From: Octopus vulgaris
Taxonomy: Eukaryota
Length of the DNA: 64,000 nt
Direction of reading: 5' to 3'
Assembly: GCA_951406725.2 (NCBI GenBank)
Contig: OX597836.1
Coordinates: forward strand, 23,622,001 to 23,686,000
Shown: positions 1-11,340 of the stretch, in pieces
Layout of the letters: each line of letters starts with the position of its first letter
How positions within the stretch are numbered: position 1 is the stretch's first letter
Notes under the pieces: generated by a model
What the model was told of the DNA's origin: nothing
The model's input: only the letters and a program-made list of their open reading frames with translations
The model's database searches: none
Program-made: the position numbers and the translations under genes

Positions 1-52
1 TCTGAAAATCTGCACGATGCAAAAATATATTCTCAGATATTTGTTCTCAGGT

Positions 53-85
53 GTTTGTGTATGTGTGTGTGTGTGTGTGTGTGTA

Positions 86-117
<32 letters not shown>

Positions 118-184
118 CGTGTTTATGTATGTATGTATGTATGCATGTATGTATACGCGCACACACACACATACACATATATAC

Positions 185-247
<63 letters not shown>

Positions 248-263
248 AACACACATATATATG
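53..263. repeat. Compound microsatellite (TG)n/(TATG)n/(CA)n/(TA)n
   Basis: Directly visible; source of spurious VCVC/YIYI ORFs. Confidence 0.95.
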
Positions 264-1224
264 TTTATTGATAAATGTGTCCGTATATTAGTTTGTTGAG
301 TGCGTGTGTGAATGTGAGTTTACATACGTGTGTTTGTTTGTCTCTGTACAACATATGTATGTGTTTTGGGAAAGGAGTGATTGTTTACCCATGGTTCCCA
401 GCGAGAAGGGGGTCACTGAGAGGGGTTAGTAACAAAAAAAAAAATGGAACGAAGGGCTAGAAGCATATATAAAAAAGCCATGATAGCAACTGATGGCGTT
501 CTCAAAGAAATCCGAAGACATTTCTATCAAGAACAAAACCGATAACTTGATAGATCGATTGATTGATTTTAAGAGATTTTTTTCCCCAAATGTTTATTTA
601 TATGTTGCAAACCAAGTTGGACATGGTTGAGCGAAACCCATCATAAATTTATATGTTTTTGTGTTTGTATTTCTTTTTATATATTTAGCAATAATTATAA
701 TTTCATTTTACTGTTATTTATGCACCAAATGTAGGCCGTTGTAGAAAGGCACTCATAGTACATCCGTAAATTTAATCAGGGATTCACAACCATAGCTTGG
801 ACAGGCTAGCTAAATTGAAAAGACATTAGAGAACATCGATATGAAGCGGTATAATTCAGTGTTCAAACATGGGTCAGTAACTTTGGGGAAACCACGCATG
901 CGCATCGTGTCGTTTGCCTTTCGCTGCATATACATCTCTGTAGCCATTACTATAAGGGTTGGGGTGTATTGTCCGCCAGTGTTACCGCACCACCATGAAA
1001 GATTTATTCAGCAGTTAAGAAAGAAACATAACAAATATGTAAACACAATTACATGAATTACAATTGTATATATACTGTATCAAAACTATGTGCACCCACA
1101 TTTGTGAATTATGTTCTTCAATATACTTTTTAGACATAGAAGTGATATCTTGTCTAAAAGACTAAGACCTAGCGTCATATATATATATATATATATATAT
1201 ATACATGAATATATATATATATAT

Positions 1225-1430
1225 TTGTGTGTTTGTGTTTGTCCCCACCCCCATCACTTGACAACCGATGTTGGTGCGTTTACATCCCTGTAATTTAGCG
1301 GTTCGACAAAAGCCACCGACAGAATAAGTAGTAGGCTTACAAAGAAGTCCTTAAAAAGTCCTGGTTTCGATCTGTTCGACTAAAGGCGGTGCTTCAGCAT
1401 GGCCGCAGTCAAGTGACTGAAACAAATACG
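1225..1430 (+). mobile_element. 3' half of bipartite SINE family A
   Basis: cttgacaaccgatg...aataagta...ggcggtgcttcagcatggccgcagtc matches the 3' half of copies at 1636, 20712 and 27306. Confidence 0.85.
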
Positions 1431-1635
1431 TATATATATATATATATATATACGTATACATAAGTAAATGCGCGCGCGAAACGATTGGAAGCCGCCCGAG
1501 ACTTCGAAGTCACTGTCAACATTTTCTTGCGACAGTTTAATAAGCGCATTCTGCTAGTTTAATGTAAGATTAATTTTATATATAACTTGACATAAAAATA
1601 ATTTATATATATAAAAAAAAAAACATTTATATATC

Positions 1636-2012
1636 AGGAGTGGCTGTGTGGTAGGGATGAGTGCTTCCCAACCACATGGTTCCGGGTTCAGTTCCACTGT
1701 ATGGCACCTTGGGCAAGTGTCTTCTACTATAGCCTCGGGCCGACCAAAGCCTTGTGAGTGAATTTGGTAGACGGAAACTGAAAGAAGCCTGTCCTATATA
1801 TATGTGTGTGCGCTCGTGTGTGTGTATGTATTTTTATGTGTGTTTGTCCCCCACCATCGCTTGACAACTGATGTTAATGTGTTTACGTGCCTGTAACTTA
1901 GTAGTTCGGCAAAAGAGACCGATAGCATAAGTACTAGGTTTACAAAAAATAAGTCCTGGGTTCGATTCGCGGCGCTCCAGCATAGCCGCTGTCAAATGAC
2001 TGACACAAGTAA

Positions 2013-2017
<5 letters not shown>
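1636..2017 (+). mobile_element. tRNA-derived SINE family A, full length, with internal (TA)/(TG) tract
   Basis: Head aggagtggctgtgtggta...ggttcagttcc (Pol III A/B-box-like), body ggcaccttgggcaagtgtc; multiple copies in window. Confidence 0.9.
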
Positions 2018-2099
<82 letters not shown>

Positions 2100-2102
<3 letters not shown>

Positions 2103-2299
2103 TTTTACAATTGAGGATAAAATCTTTATAAGAAATTATCAGTAGTTAGCGTGAAGAACCTCGTAAGAGAAAAAATCCGTAAATTTTTCCACTTAGAAAA
2201 TATTTATTTATATTATATTGAGGGTACTACTATTCGTAGATACCACACGCTAAGAGGTGGTATCTTAGCGTGTGGTATCTACGAATAGTAGTACCCTCA

Positions 2300-2311
<12 letters not shown>
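2100..2311. mobile_element. Putative Penelope-like terminal fragment ending in a perfect hairpin
   Basis: About 47-bp perfect inverted arms (tatattatattgagggtactactattcgtagataccacacgctaaga) around a 7-nt loop, flanked by (TA)n. Confidence 0.55.
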
Positions 2312-2379
<68 letters not shown>

Positions 2380-2667
2380 GTCTATGTGTTTTTATATATA
2401 AATGATTTTTGTCTCACTTATAATACAACCTGACATCTTATGGTTTTTCTACGCCTCATGGGATCGGATTTTCTGGATAGCAGCTGTACAGACACACTGC
2501 ATTGCACTTCTCTGTATTGGATCACTATGTCGACTGTTAGCCGAGTCCGTAAGGAGAACTTTCTGTGGTAGCCACCCGATTCTCTAAATCCATAACCTAT
2601 TCAGCAAATTTAAATATATACATATATATATGCACATATACATGCATATACATACACTCACACTTGT

Positions 2668-3056
2668 GAGTGGAGGCGCAATGGCCCAGTGGTTAGGGCA
2701 GCGGACTCGCGGTCATAGGATCGCGGTTTCGATTCCCAGACCGGGCATTGTGAGTGTTTATTGAGCGAAAACACCTAAAGCTCCACGAGGCTCCGGCAGG
2801 GGATGGTGGTGATCCCTGCTGTGCTCTTTCACCACAACTTTCTCTCACTCTTACTTCCTGTTTCTGTTGTACCTGTATTTCAAAGGGCCGGCCTTGTCAC
2901 TCTCTGTGTCACGCTGAATATCCCCGAGAACTACGTTAAGGGTACACGTGTCTGTGGAGTGCTCAGCCACTTACACGTTAATTTCACGAGCAGGCTGTTC
3001 CGTTGATTCGGATCAACCGGAACCCTCATCGTCGTAACCGACGGAGTGCTTCCACC
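2668..3056 (+). mobile_element. tRNA-derived SINE family B (resembles octopus OR-type SINEs)
   Basis: A box tggcccagtgg, B box ggtttcgattcc; TSD acactcacacttgt at 2654-2667 and 3057-3070; near-identical copies elsewhere. Confidence 0.92.
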
Positions 3057-3302
3057 ACACTCACACTTGTATGTATGAGTGTGTGTGTGTGTGTGTGTGA
3101 GTGAGTGTACGTGTGATGTGGTATCTTCGAGAACTGCTTCTATTTCGCTTCTCTTATTAGTTAACTAACAGACTAATTAAACGATTGATTTGTTAATCGC
3201 TCGATCAATCACCATTTGGCTCATCAGAACCTTCTTGTCGCCATTCCCATTGCCTCAGCAATGATGTACTCTCTTTGTTGCTGCAGCTCTGTCACGTTGC
3301 AT

Positions 3303-3507
<205 letters not shown>

Positions 3508-4073
3508 TAAACATACCCACACACACGCGCAGATATGTTTACATGTATGTGCGTATATGTGTGTATGTGTGAGTATTTGTGAGTGTTTGTGCGTAATTGT
3601 GTGTGTGTATGTGTAAGTATTTGTGAGTATTTGTGCGTAATTGTGTGTGTGTGTATGTGTTTGTCAAGTTTATCGAATTTCATTTTTTCATTTCGATAAT
3701 AGTAGCAGCTTAGTATTTCATATTTAAATCTTGCAACTGTCGCGGTTAATTATTTACGTGGTCAGCTCTGTGAAGCGGCTCCTCTTGTTTATATACAAAC
3801 TCAGTGTCAGAGGCAAGACTGACAACGACGGGAGAAAATGTGGAGTTTACAGATGGGAGAACGTGTTCTTCGTCGTAATAGAAAAATGCTTCTTTTTAAC
3901 AGTGTTAGAAGCAGCAGAAAGCTGTCAAATCACGATTCCTACGCTGAGCTTAAATACTTCTGATCACATTTATCTCAACAAGTAGCTATATTTGCGTTTT
4001 TCATTAAATGAAAAGGAAAAGAGAAATACTGGCGTGTAAATAAGTTGGAATAGAATTCCAACTTAAAGGGATG

Positions 4074-4490
4074 CGTGGTCTTGATCAATAAGTATCCGGA
4101 CTGTTGCTATAGTGACGAAGCTAAAGCACGCAGAGTAAAGCCGCTCGGCACAGATTGATCTTGAACTCGGCTGTGTAAGCACATTTTAACGTTCTAGCTC
4201 GCTTCCTTCTAAGCACTGTTTACAACAATGCTTGGAAGGAAGGTGTGTAGCGTGTGATCATCGCATTCACCATGACAGAAAATTGAGCAAAGAATCTGCA
4301 TCAAATTTTGCCAAAAGCTTGGCGATACCTGCTCAGAGGCGTACGCAAAGCTTTGAAGTAGTTTTCATTGATCTCAACACAATCAAGGAGATTTTGTACA
4401 ACTGAAACCCGAGTGTCTGATTGGTCAGCTGAATGCAGTTTTAGCACAAACTTGGCAGGCACGCGCCTCATACCCAAAGCGTCAGTGTGT
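4074..4490. mobile_element. Decayed mariner transposon fragment with internal inversion
   Basis: + strand encodes EQRICIKFCQKLGDTCSEAYAKL (mariner N-terminal HTH); - strand 4355-4490 encodes RRVPAKFVLKLHSADQ (WVPHEL-linker region); TIR-like gatcaataagtatccggactg. Confidence 0.75.
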
Positions 4491-4539
4491 ATATATATTA
4501 AGAACAATCTTACTTAGAAATGGATGCGTGCGTTCCGTC

Positions 4540-4930
4540 ATATAATTAATTAATAAATAAAACATATGCATATATACATACATATATGTACGTACCTACC
4601 TCTACATGTATATATACATACATATATGGGTACAGGACACCAAAAAACGTCGACCACAATGAGAAACGAAAACATAAACACAAAACCAAGGAACTGGACA
4701 TTTTTCTTAAACAACAACAAAAAATAGAGTACAGGACATACAGAACAAGGAAAATTCCCCTTCTTCAGTTGCCTCTGTTTCAGCTACTCGTGGCGTAGAT
4801 GAAACAAAGGCGACTGTCGACGTTTTCTTGGTGTCCTGTACCCATATATGCATGTATATATACATGTAGAGGTAGGTACGTACATATATGTATGTATGTA
4901 TGCATATGTTTTATTTATTTATTAATTTAT
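4540..4930. mobile_element. Penelope-like pseudo-LTR fragment with inverted duplication
   Basis: Same family as 8010-8900 and 37215-37820; arms about 4543-4653 and 4816-4928 are reverse complements. Confidence 0.7.
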
Positions 4931-4953
4931 GTATATATATATATATACATAAG

Positions 4954-5300
4954 GGAGGCGCAATGGCCCAGTGGTTAGGGCAGCGGACTCGCGGTCATAG
5001 GATCGCGGTTTCGATTCCCAGACCGGGCGTTGTGAGTGTTTATTGAGCGAAAACACCTAAAAGCTCCACGAGGCTCCGGCAGGGGATGGTGGTGATCCCT
5101 GCTGTACTTTTTCACCACAACTTTCTCTCACTCTTACTTCCTGTTTCTGTTGTACCTGTATTTCAAAGGGCCGAGAACTACGTTAAGGGTGCACGTGTCT
5201 GTGGAGTGCTCAGCCACTTACACGTTAATTTCACGAGCAGGCTGTTCCGTTGATTCGGATCAACCGGAACTCTCATCATCGTAACCGACGGAGTGCTTCC
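4954..5300 (+). mobile_element. SINE family B copy with internal deletion
   Basis: Near-identical to 2668-3056 but lacks about 35 bp between aagggccg and agaactac. Confidence 0.92.
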
Positions 5301-5329
5301 AATATATATATATATATACGTTGCATATC

Positions 5330-5680
5330 TATTACCATTATTAATTGTTGTCTTCGTGTGACCCTAAGCCTTTATTCTGTTTATTGTTTTATCCCCTGTC
5401 TGTCCACTAATGGTCTCGTTTCGAGCCCGTTTCGTTTTGTTATGTTTACGTCCCATTCCCGACAAGTTTCTTGTCGGTGCCTCCAGAGTGGAAGCAGTAT
5501 TTTCGATAATGGCTGAAATTGCGTTTGACTCCTCTGTCCGATAACTAATGAAGAATTGGTGACCTATGTTTTCTGTCCCTCTGTGTATTTAGTACATGTT
5601 CGTTTGTTTATTTGCTACACGATTTTTTAATCATTTATGTAGGTACGTCATATTTTCCGTTTGTTGTCTTTTTATTTAAT
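5330..5680 (+). mobile_element. Penelope-like pseudo-LTR fragment
   Basis: T-rich pLTR-like composition; contains rearranged hammerhead motif; organisation like 44420-45065. Confidence 0.5.
5484..5555 (+). ncRNA. Rearranged hammerhead-like motif (core decayed to CUAAUGA)
   Basis: GCAGU-A / UUUUCG ... CU-GAA-AUUGC ... CGAUAA-CUAAUGA-AG; extra helix CAGAG/CUCUG. Confidence 0.55.
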
Positions 5681-5821
5681 CCTGAAAAAAAAAACAAAAA
5701 CAAAAACAAATATGTAGTCAATTACAAAAACAGAGAAAAAGGAAAAGAAAAAAAACAGACACATGAGGACGTAGCACAAGCAATGTATTAATAAGACGCT
5801 CAGAGAAGGAAAAGTGTAGTA

Positions 5822-5856
5822 GTTTTACATTTCGAGCATAGCTCTTCTTCGGAAAC
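5822..5856 (-). ncRNA. Minimal type I hammerhead motif (slightly decayed)
   Basis: rc: GUUU-CCGAAGA-AGAGC-uau-GCUC-GAAA-UG-UA-AAAC. Confidence 0.6.
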
Positions 5857-6444
5857 AGGAAAACAAGAAAGTCCAAGACGAAGGAGAAAAAAATCGACAA
5901 CGGTCACGAACGGTTACATTTCTGAAGTGACCGGAAGTAGCAGGAATGAAGAGAAAGTGCTTTCTGGGACAGGAGAGTGTGAAAATGGTGAGCATGTGTG
6001 TGTGCGTGTGTGTGTGCATGGTAGCGTGTGGTGCTGTGTATGCGTGTGGTGTGTGTGTGTGTGTGTGGCAACGTGTGTGTGTGGTATTAACTCTGTGTGT
6101 GTGTGATAGGATGTGTGTGTGATAGGATGTGTGCGTGTGTGCTAATGTTGCTCAGAGATGTCAGCAACTAGAGTAACAGTTGTATGAAAAGGTGGGTGTG
6201 GTAGTGCGTGTGTGTGTTTGCATGTGTGCGTAGATGGAAGGGTCACTAGTGAGTCAGAGGCAGTCTGGAGATGGTGTAAGAATGGTTGAGTGTGGCTATG
6301 TGAATGGGTGGGTGTGGTTCTGTGTGTGTGTGTATGTGTTGACATGTGTGCGTTGACGGAATGGGAATGTGTATATGTGTGTGTGTGTGTACATGTGTAT
6401 GGGTGTGTGCATGTGTGTCTCTCTCTGTCACTCTATCTCTCTCA

Positions 6445-6475
<31 letters not shown>

Positions 6476-7155
6476 CGTGTGTGTGTACGTGTGAGGATAT
6501 GTGTGTGTGTCTGTGTACGTGTGAGTGTGTGTGGAGTGTAAGTACGTACGTGTTTTTGTGTATGTGTGTGCGTGTGTATGTGTGTGTTGTATGTGTGAAG
6601 GGTTGTATGTGTGGAGTGTTGTGCGTAGAGGGTTGTGTGTGTGTGGAGGTATATGTTCGTGCGTAAGAGGGAGACAGAGGTGAGATGGAGTGTGTGTAGG
6701 TGCGCTGGTGTAGCCAGGGGTGTGGGTATTATGTAGGTGGACGTGTGTGTGTGTGTGTGTGTGAGCGTGTGTGTGTGTAGGGAGTGCGTGTGTGTGCGCG
6801 CGCGCCTGTGGTGTGTGTGTACGTGTGTGGATGTGCGTATAGTGTGTGCGGTGTGTGACATAGGAATATAAAATATAAAAAATAATACAAATAGATAGTG
6901 AAAATTAATGAAAAATAGTGAAAAATAATACAAATAAATGGTGAAAAGTAAAAATTTGTAGTAATAAAACAATAAATGTGAATAAATCAATAACAGAAGA
7001 AAAGAAAAACGTTAACAGAAATAGAATCTGTAAAAGAAAAAGAAAGAAAAAATTATTTAAAAAATAATTTATAAAAAAATTATAAAACATAAACGAATAA
7101 AAAAGATTGAGTAAAATGGTTTTTTTTTTTTTTTTTTAGGGCGTGTGGGGAAAAT

Positions 7156-7392
7156 CACAAAGAGGAGGGGGTTGTATTTAGTCCGAAAGGAGTTTGAGTA
7201 CGTAGAGTGAAAATGTACCGCTGTTCCACGCGAAGTCTAGAAATGGTGGATCCATAGTGTAGGGCAAGGCCGAAGACGGTGAGATCTGAGGTAGAGCTGT
7301 TGGTCAAGCGAAAATGACGGGCGACAGGGGTGTTCTTACATAGTCGAACGTCTCGTAGGTGTTCTGTGAACCGATCGGCCCGTCTGATGGTG
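7156..7392 (-). pseudogene. PLE GIY-YIG endonuclease C-terminal fragment
   Basis: Open frame ADRFTEHLRDVRLCKNTPVARHFRLTNSSTSDLTVFGLALHYGSTISRLRVEQRYIFTLRTQTPFGLN, typical of PLE endonuclease ends. Confidence 0.85.
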
Positions 7393-7700
7393 TAAACACT
7401 AACAGGACTTTAACCCACATGGATTTACGCAGGATTGCACCCAAGGACTTATGGATTTATTTCTACAAGATCGGAAGTTTGAACTGTGAGATTTTATGCT
7501 TATTTTTTTCTTCTGTTTCTTCATCTCCATATTCCTTACCCCTGTCCTCTATGCTGTCATTTCATTAATCTGTACCATTCTCATTTTCCCTATTTGTCTC
7601 CGATGACGGAACATCCCATACTTTGGGATATCCCAGAAACAGCTGTAAGATATATATATATATTTTTTCCAATAATAATAATGTATAAGACTTGAGATGT
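7393..7700 (+). mobile_element. Second PLE 3' fragment, back-to-back with the first
   Basis: Weak TL.PHG-like remnant followed by T-rich UTR and a hammerhead motif. Confidence 0.55.
7595..7652 (+). ncRNA. Minimal type I hammerhead ribozyme motif
   Basis: UGUCU-CCGAUGA-stem II (AUCCCA/UGGGAU)-GAAA-CAGCUG-UA-AGAUA; palindromic stem III ACAGCUGU, GUA site. Confidence 0.7.
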
Positions 7701-7961
7701 TTGCCTTGCCTTAACGTTTGTTGTCCTCATTAGCAATTATATATTCGCCATATCGGAAATCTGCAACGGTTCCATAACTCCTGTCTCGGCTATAACCTTG
7801 GAGCCCTAGTAATCCGTTACAGCACTTACCTAGCGTACCTAGTCGTTTAGATCACCTGTGAACTAAACCCCATATTTTGTGTGTCCATGTATGTATGTAT
7901 GTATGTATGTATGTATGTATGTATGTATGTATGTATGTATGTATGTATGTATGTATGTATG

Positions 7962-8011
<50 letters not shown>

Positions 8012-8230
8012 ATAAATTAATAAATAAATAAAACATATGCATATATACATACATATATGTACGTACCTACCTCTACATGTATATATACATGCATATATGG
8101 GTACAGGACACCAAAAAAAAAAACGTCGAACACAATGTGAAACGAAAACATAAACATGAAACCAAGGAAATGGACATTTTTTTAAAACAACGAAAAAATA
8201 GAGTACAGGATATACAAAACAAGGAAAATT

Positions 8231-8306
8231 CCCCTTCTTCAGTCGCCTTAATTTCATCTACTCCACGTTTCGAAGGTCAAGGCGATACATGACTTCAATG
8301 AAAATT
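8231..8306 (-). ncRNA. Rearranged (non-circularly permuted) hammerhead-like motif, core intact
   Basis: rc: UCAUGU-A-UCGCCUU-GA-CCUUC-GAA-ACGUGG-...-AAGGCGA-CUGAAGA-AGGGG. Confidence 0.7.
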
Positions 8307-8732
8307 TCCTTCCCTCGAAAATCAAATTAAATAAAATTTGAGATTTTTTTGCGGAGGGGTAAAAATGGTAACAAAAACAGGACAGTAACGACAGTACAAA
8401 TTATAAACAGTAAAAGACAGGATACGGAGAATAACAGTAACACAAACAAGAAGGGCTGTTAAGCCAAACGAGATAAACAATTTTACGAACGCTATTGTTT
8501 GAGAACGGCAGAGAGCAACAGATATTACCGTCTCTACTTGAAGGAAGCCAGGAGAAGAAAGACAGAAATAGCCATCTCATCACGTGACCGCGACGGGAAA
8601 TAGATGGAATGCCTGGTGTGTGTCTTGTAGCTACCCGCCTAAAAAAATATGAGGAATGGGCCTGGGAATATATATAAAAAAGAAAAGATATTTGATTAAT
8701 GAAAAAGATGGAAAATAGGAGAAAGTTTATTG

Positions 8733-8838
8733 ATCACTACAATTGTTTCGACTCATCTATCATCGATCCCTCATAGGTGGGATATTGTGCAACTGGTTTT
8801 GGAGTATCTGTCGGTGTATATGTGTCTCTTCAGGTGAT
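8733..8838 (-). ncRNA. Type I hammerhead motif with long loop II
   Basis: rc: AUCAC-CUGAAGA-GAC...GUC-GAAA-CAAUUG-UA-GUGAU; all core nucleotides present. Confidence 0.75.
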
Positions 8839-9660
8839 TACGAGATGTATCTCGTTAAATAACCTCTGTTCCGCAAGTTTTCTTCTCGGTATGCGTATAC
8901 AAAAGCAGCAAATTAAGTGATACAACTTCATTATTATAGAAGATCAATAAAAATCAGTTACAAAAAGATCTGATCTTTGCGTCGGATGCAAAAAGAAATA
9001 AAATACACACAACATCGGAAAAAGTATTAGATGTAATCGTTAGCAGATATAGATACAAAAACGCCCTCTCTTAGGTTGTATGACGCACATACACTCGCGA
9101 TGCAATTTCAGCTGGAGGAATAGGTCGATGTAATGGACTCCAGCACACAACTGGTATTTAGTTGACCGATTCCTAAAAGTATTTTGCCCGGAGTGCCAAC
9201 GATTTCACCGGCTCGCAGCCTTAAATGTGTATGCTAAATATTCACGAATAGAAAAGATGTCTTCATACTCCAAATATGCGCCACCCAAATTGCGTTTGAT
9301 ATTACTGTTTTCATTTACGATATAATTGCGGGAAAGAAAATTTCGATTATATTTAGTATTGAGAAAACTTCTTTTATATTTGAGACGTTTGTGATCGTGT
9401 AGACGAAAATTAAATGTTAGAGTAGCTATGAATGGTAAATCTGGAAAAGCAGGCGGACCTAAGACAATCCTACAGGATTGTAAAACTAATAGGAATGTAA
9501 CGAACATTAAAATACTTGTAGCAAAAGAGAAAAAGGGAAAACAAACAAGTAAATAAATAGATAAATAAATGAATAAAGAAATAAAGTGAATTTGGTGGAC
9601 GAAAAACCGTTGAACACGCAAACATATATACACACACATACAGCCATTACATACATACGT

Positions 9661-9863
9661 GTGTATGTATGTATGTATGTATGTATGTATGTATGTATGT
9701 ATGTATGTATGTATGTATGTATGTATGTATGTATGTATGTATGTATGTATGTATGTATGTATGTATGTATGTATGTATGTATGTATGTATGTATGTATGT
9801 ATGTATGTATGTATGTATGTATGTATGTATGTGTGTGTATGTATGTATGTGTGTGTGTATGTA

Positions 9864-9896
<33 letters not shown>

Positions 9897-9976
9897 ATAT
9901 ATGTATGTATGTAAGTATATATGTATGTATGTACATACGTATATACGTGCGTCAGTGTGTGTGTGTGTGTGTGTGT
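9661..9976. repeat. (TATG)n/(TG)n microsatellite
   Basis: Directly visible. Confidence 0.95.
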
Positions 9977-10516
9977 GCTTGTGTGTTTTGTGTGTGTCAC
10001 TTGACAGCGGTGTTTGTACCTTCATTGTAACTTCGTAACAGCGGTTCTGCATAAAGGGTGACTAAAGAATAAGCGCCAGACTTCAGAAGAGTAACAGAAA
10101 ATAGATAAATAACTTCTGCTTCTCATGCCAAACCTACCAATTATTGAGAAAAAACAAAAGAAAAACAATAACTAAGGGAGCTTATCGCTGCTTAATTTTA
10201 TCCAAGGGAGATAATTCATAGTAATCCAATTTCATTCCATCTCCGATTAAATAAATTTTTAGGGTGCTTCTCCGTGGGTGTTCAATCTACAAGAAATAGC
10301 AGCCAAATCAACCTATCTAGCTATGTATGTATGTATGTATGTATGTATGTATGTATGTATGTATGTATGTATGTATGTATGTATGTATGTATGTATGTAT
10401 GTATGTATGTATGCATGTATGTATGTATGCATGCATGCATGCATGTATGTATGTATGTATGTATGTATGTATGTATGTATGTATGTATGTATGTATGTAT
10501 GTATGATATAGAATAT

Positions 10517-10662
10517 CATATCACCGGTAAAGGTTTTAGTTGCCAATTCTGTACCAGACATTGTAGATCTTTAGTTGGGCTAAAAAGTCACAATCGATCA
10601 CAGCACTAGTAACAGTTAAGCTTCGTGCAATGGCCATACTCGATAACGAGGGGGCAGCCATC
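10517..10662 (+). mobile_element. 5'-truncated RTE-type LINE 3' end
   Basis: C-terminal zinc finger FSCQFCTRHCRSLVGLKSHNRSQH*; 3' stem-loop ctcgataacgag; TSD atatagaatat at 10506-10516 and 10663-10673. Confidence 0.8.
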
Positions 10663-10782
10663 ATATAGAATATTATAATATATCATATATATAATAGTAT
10701 CTTTCTCTCTCTCTGTCTCCGTCTGTCACAGTCTCTGTCTGTCTGCCTGTCTGTCTGTCTGCCTGTCTGTCTGCCTGCCTGC

Positions 10783-10855
<73 letters not shown>

Positions 10856-10993
10856 GTATGTATGTATAAATATGTATGTATGTATGTATGTATATATATA
10901 CGGGTGAGTGAACAAATGAAAGAAAAAGGCATTTAACACATTTAGTAGGAGTTACATGTATTATTTGACACAGTTTGATTGAAGCTGTTTTAA

Positions 10994-11041
<48 letters not shown>

Positions 11042-11042
11042 T

Positions 11043-11128
<86 letters not shown>

Positions 11129-11133
<5 letters not shown>

Positions 11134-11188
11134 AAGATTAATCAGCCGAAATTGCTACGATGATCCGGTTCTTGACTGAAGATTGAGG
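11129..11188 (+). ncRNA. 5'-truncated rearranged hammerhead-like motif in a PLE-type fragment
   Basis: AUC-UCAAGA...CC-GAAA-UUGC...UCUUGA-CUGAAGA; stem I perfect 6 bp. Confidence 0.55.
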
Positions 11189-11308
11189 GCTTCGAATGTC
11201 CCGTCCGTGTTTTTTGTGTCGTCTTCTAAGTGTTTTGCGTTCTTGTCCCAGTTTGTATTTTTCTACATATAATAATAATATATATATATGTATATGTATA
11301 CGTATACG

Positions 11309-11340
<32 letters not shown>

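Larger units (their letters stand above)
5700..7392 (-). mobile_element. Penelope-like element 3' portion (GIY-YIG C-terminus plus 3' UTR/pLTR)
   Basis: GIY-YIG tail at 7156-7392, CA-rich UTR, hammerhead motif at 5822-5856. Confidence 0.75.
8010..8900 (-). mobile_element. Penelope-like pseudo-LTR carrying two hammerhead motifs
   Basis: Family shared with 4540 and 37215; rc near 8860-8895 reads RRKLAEQRL (GIY-YIG-tail-like). Confidence 0.7.

Noticed and set aside
2672-2746. tRNA gene
   Set aside because: tRNA-like SINE head: no proper acceptor stem, continues into SINE body, has a TSD
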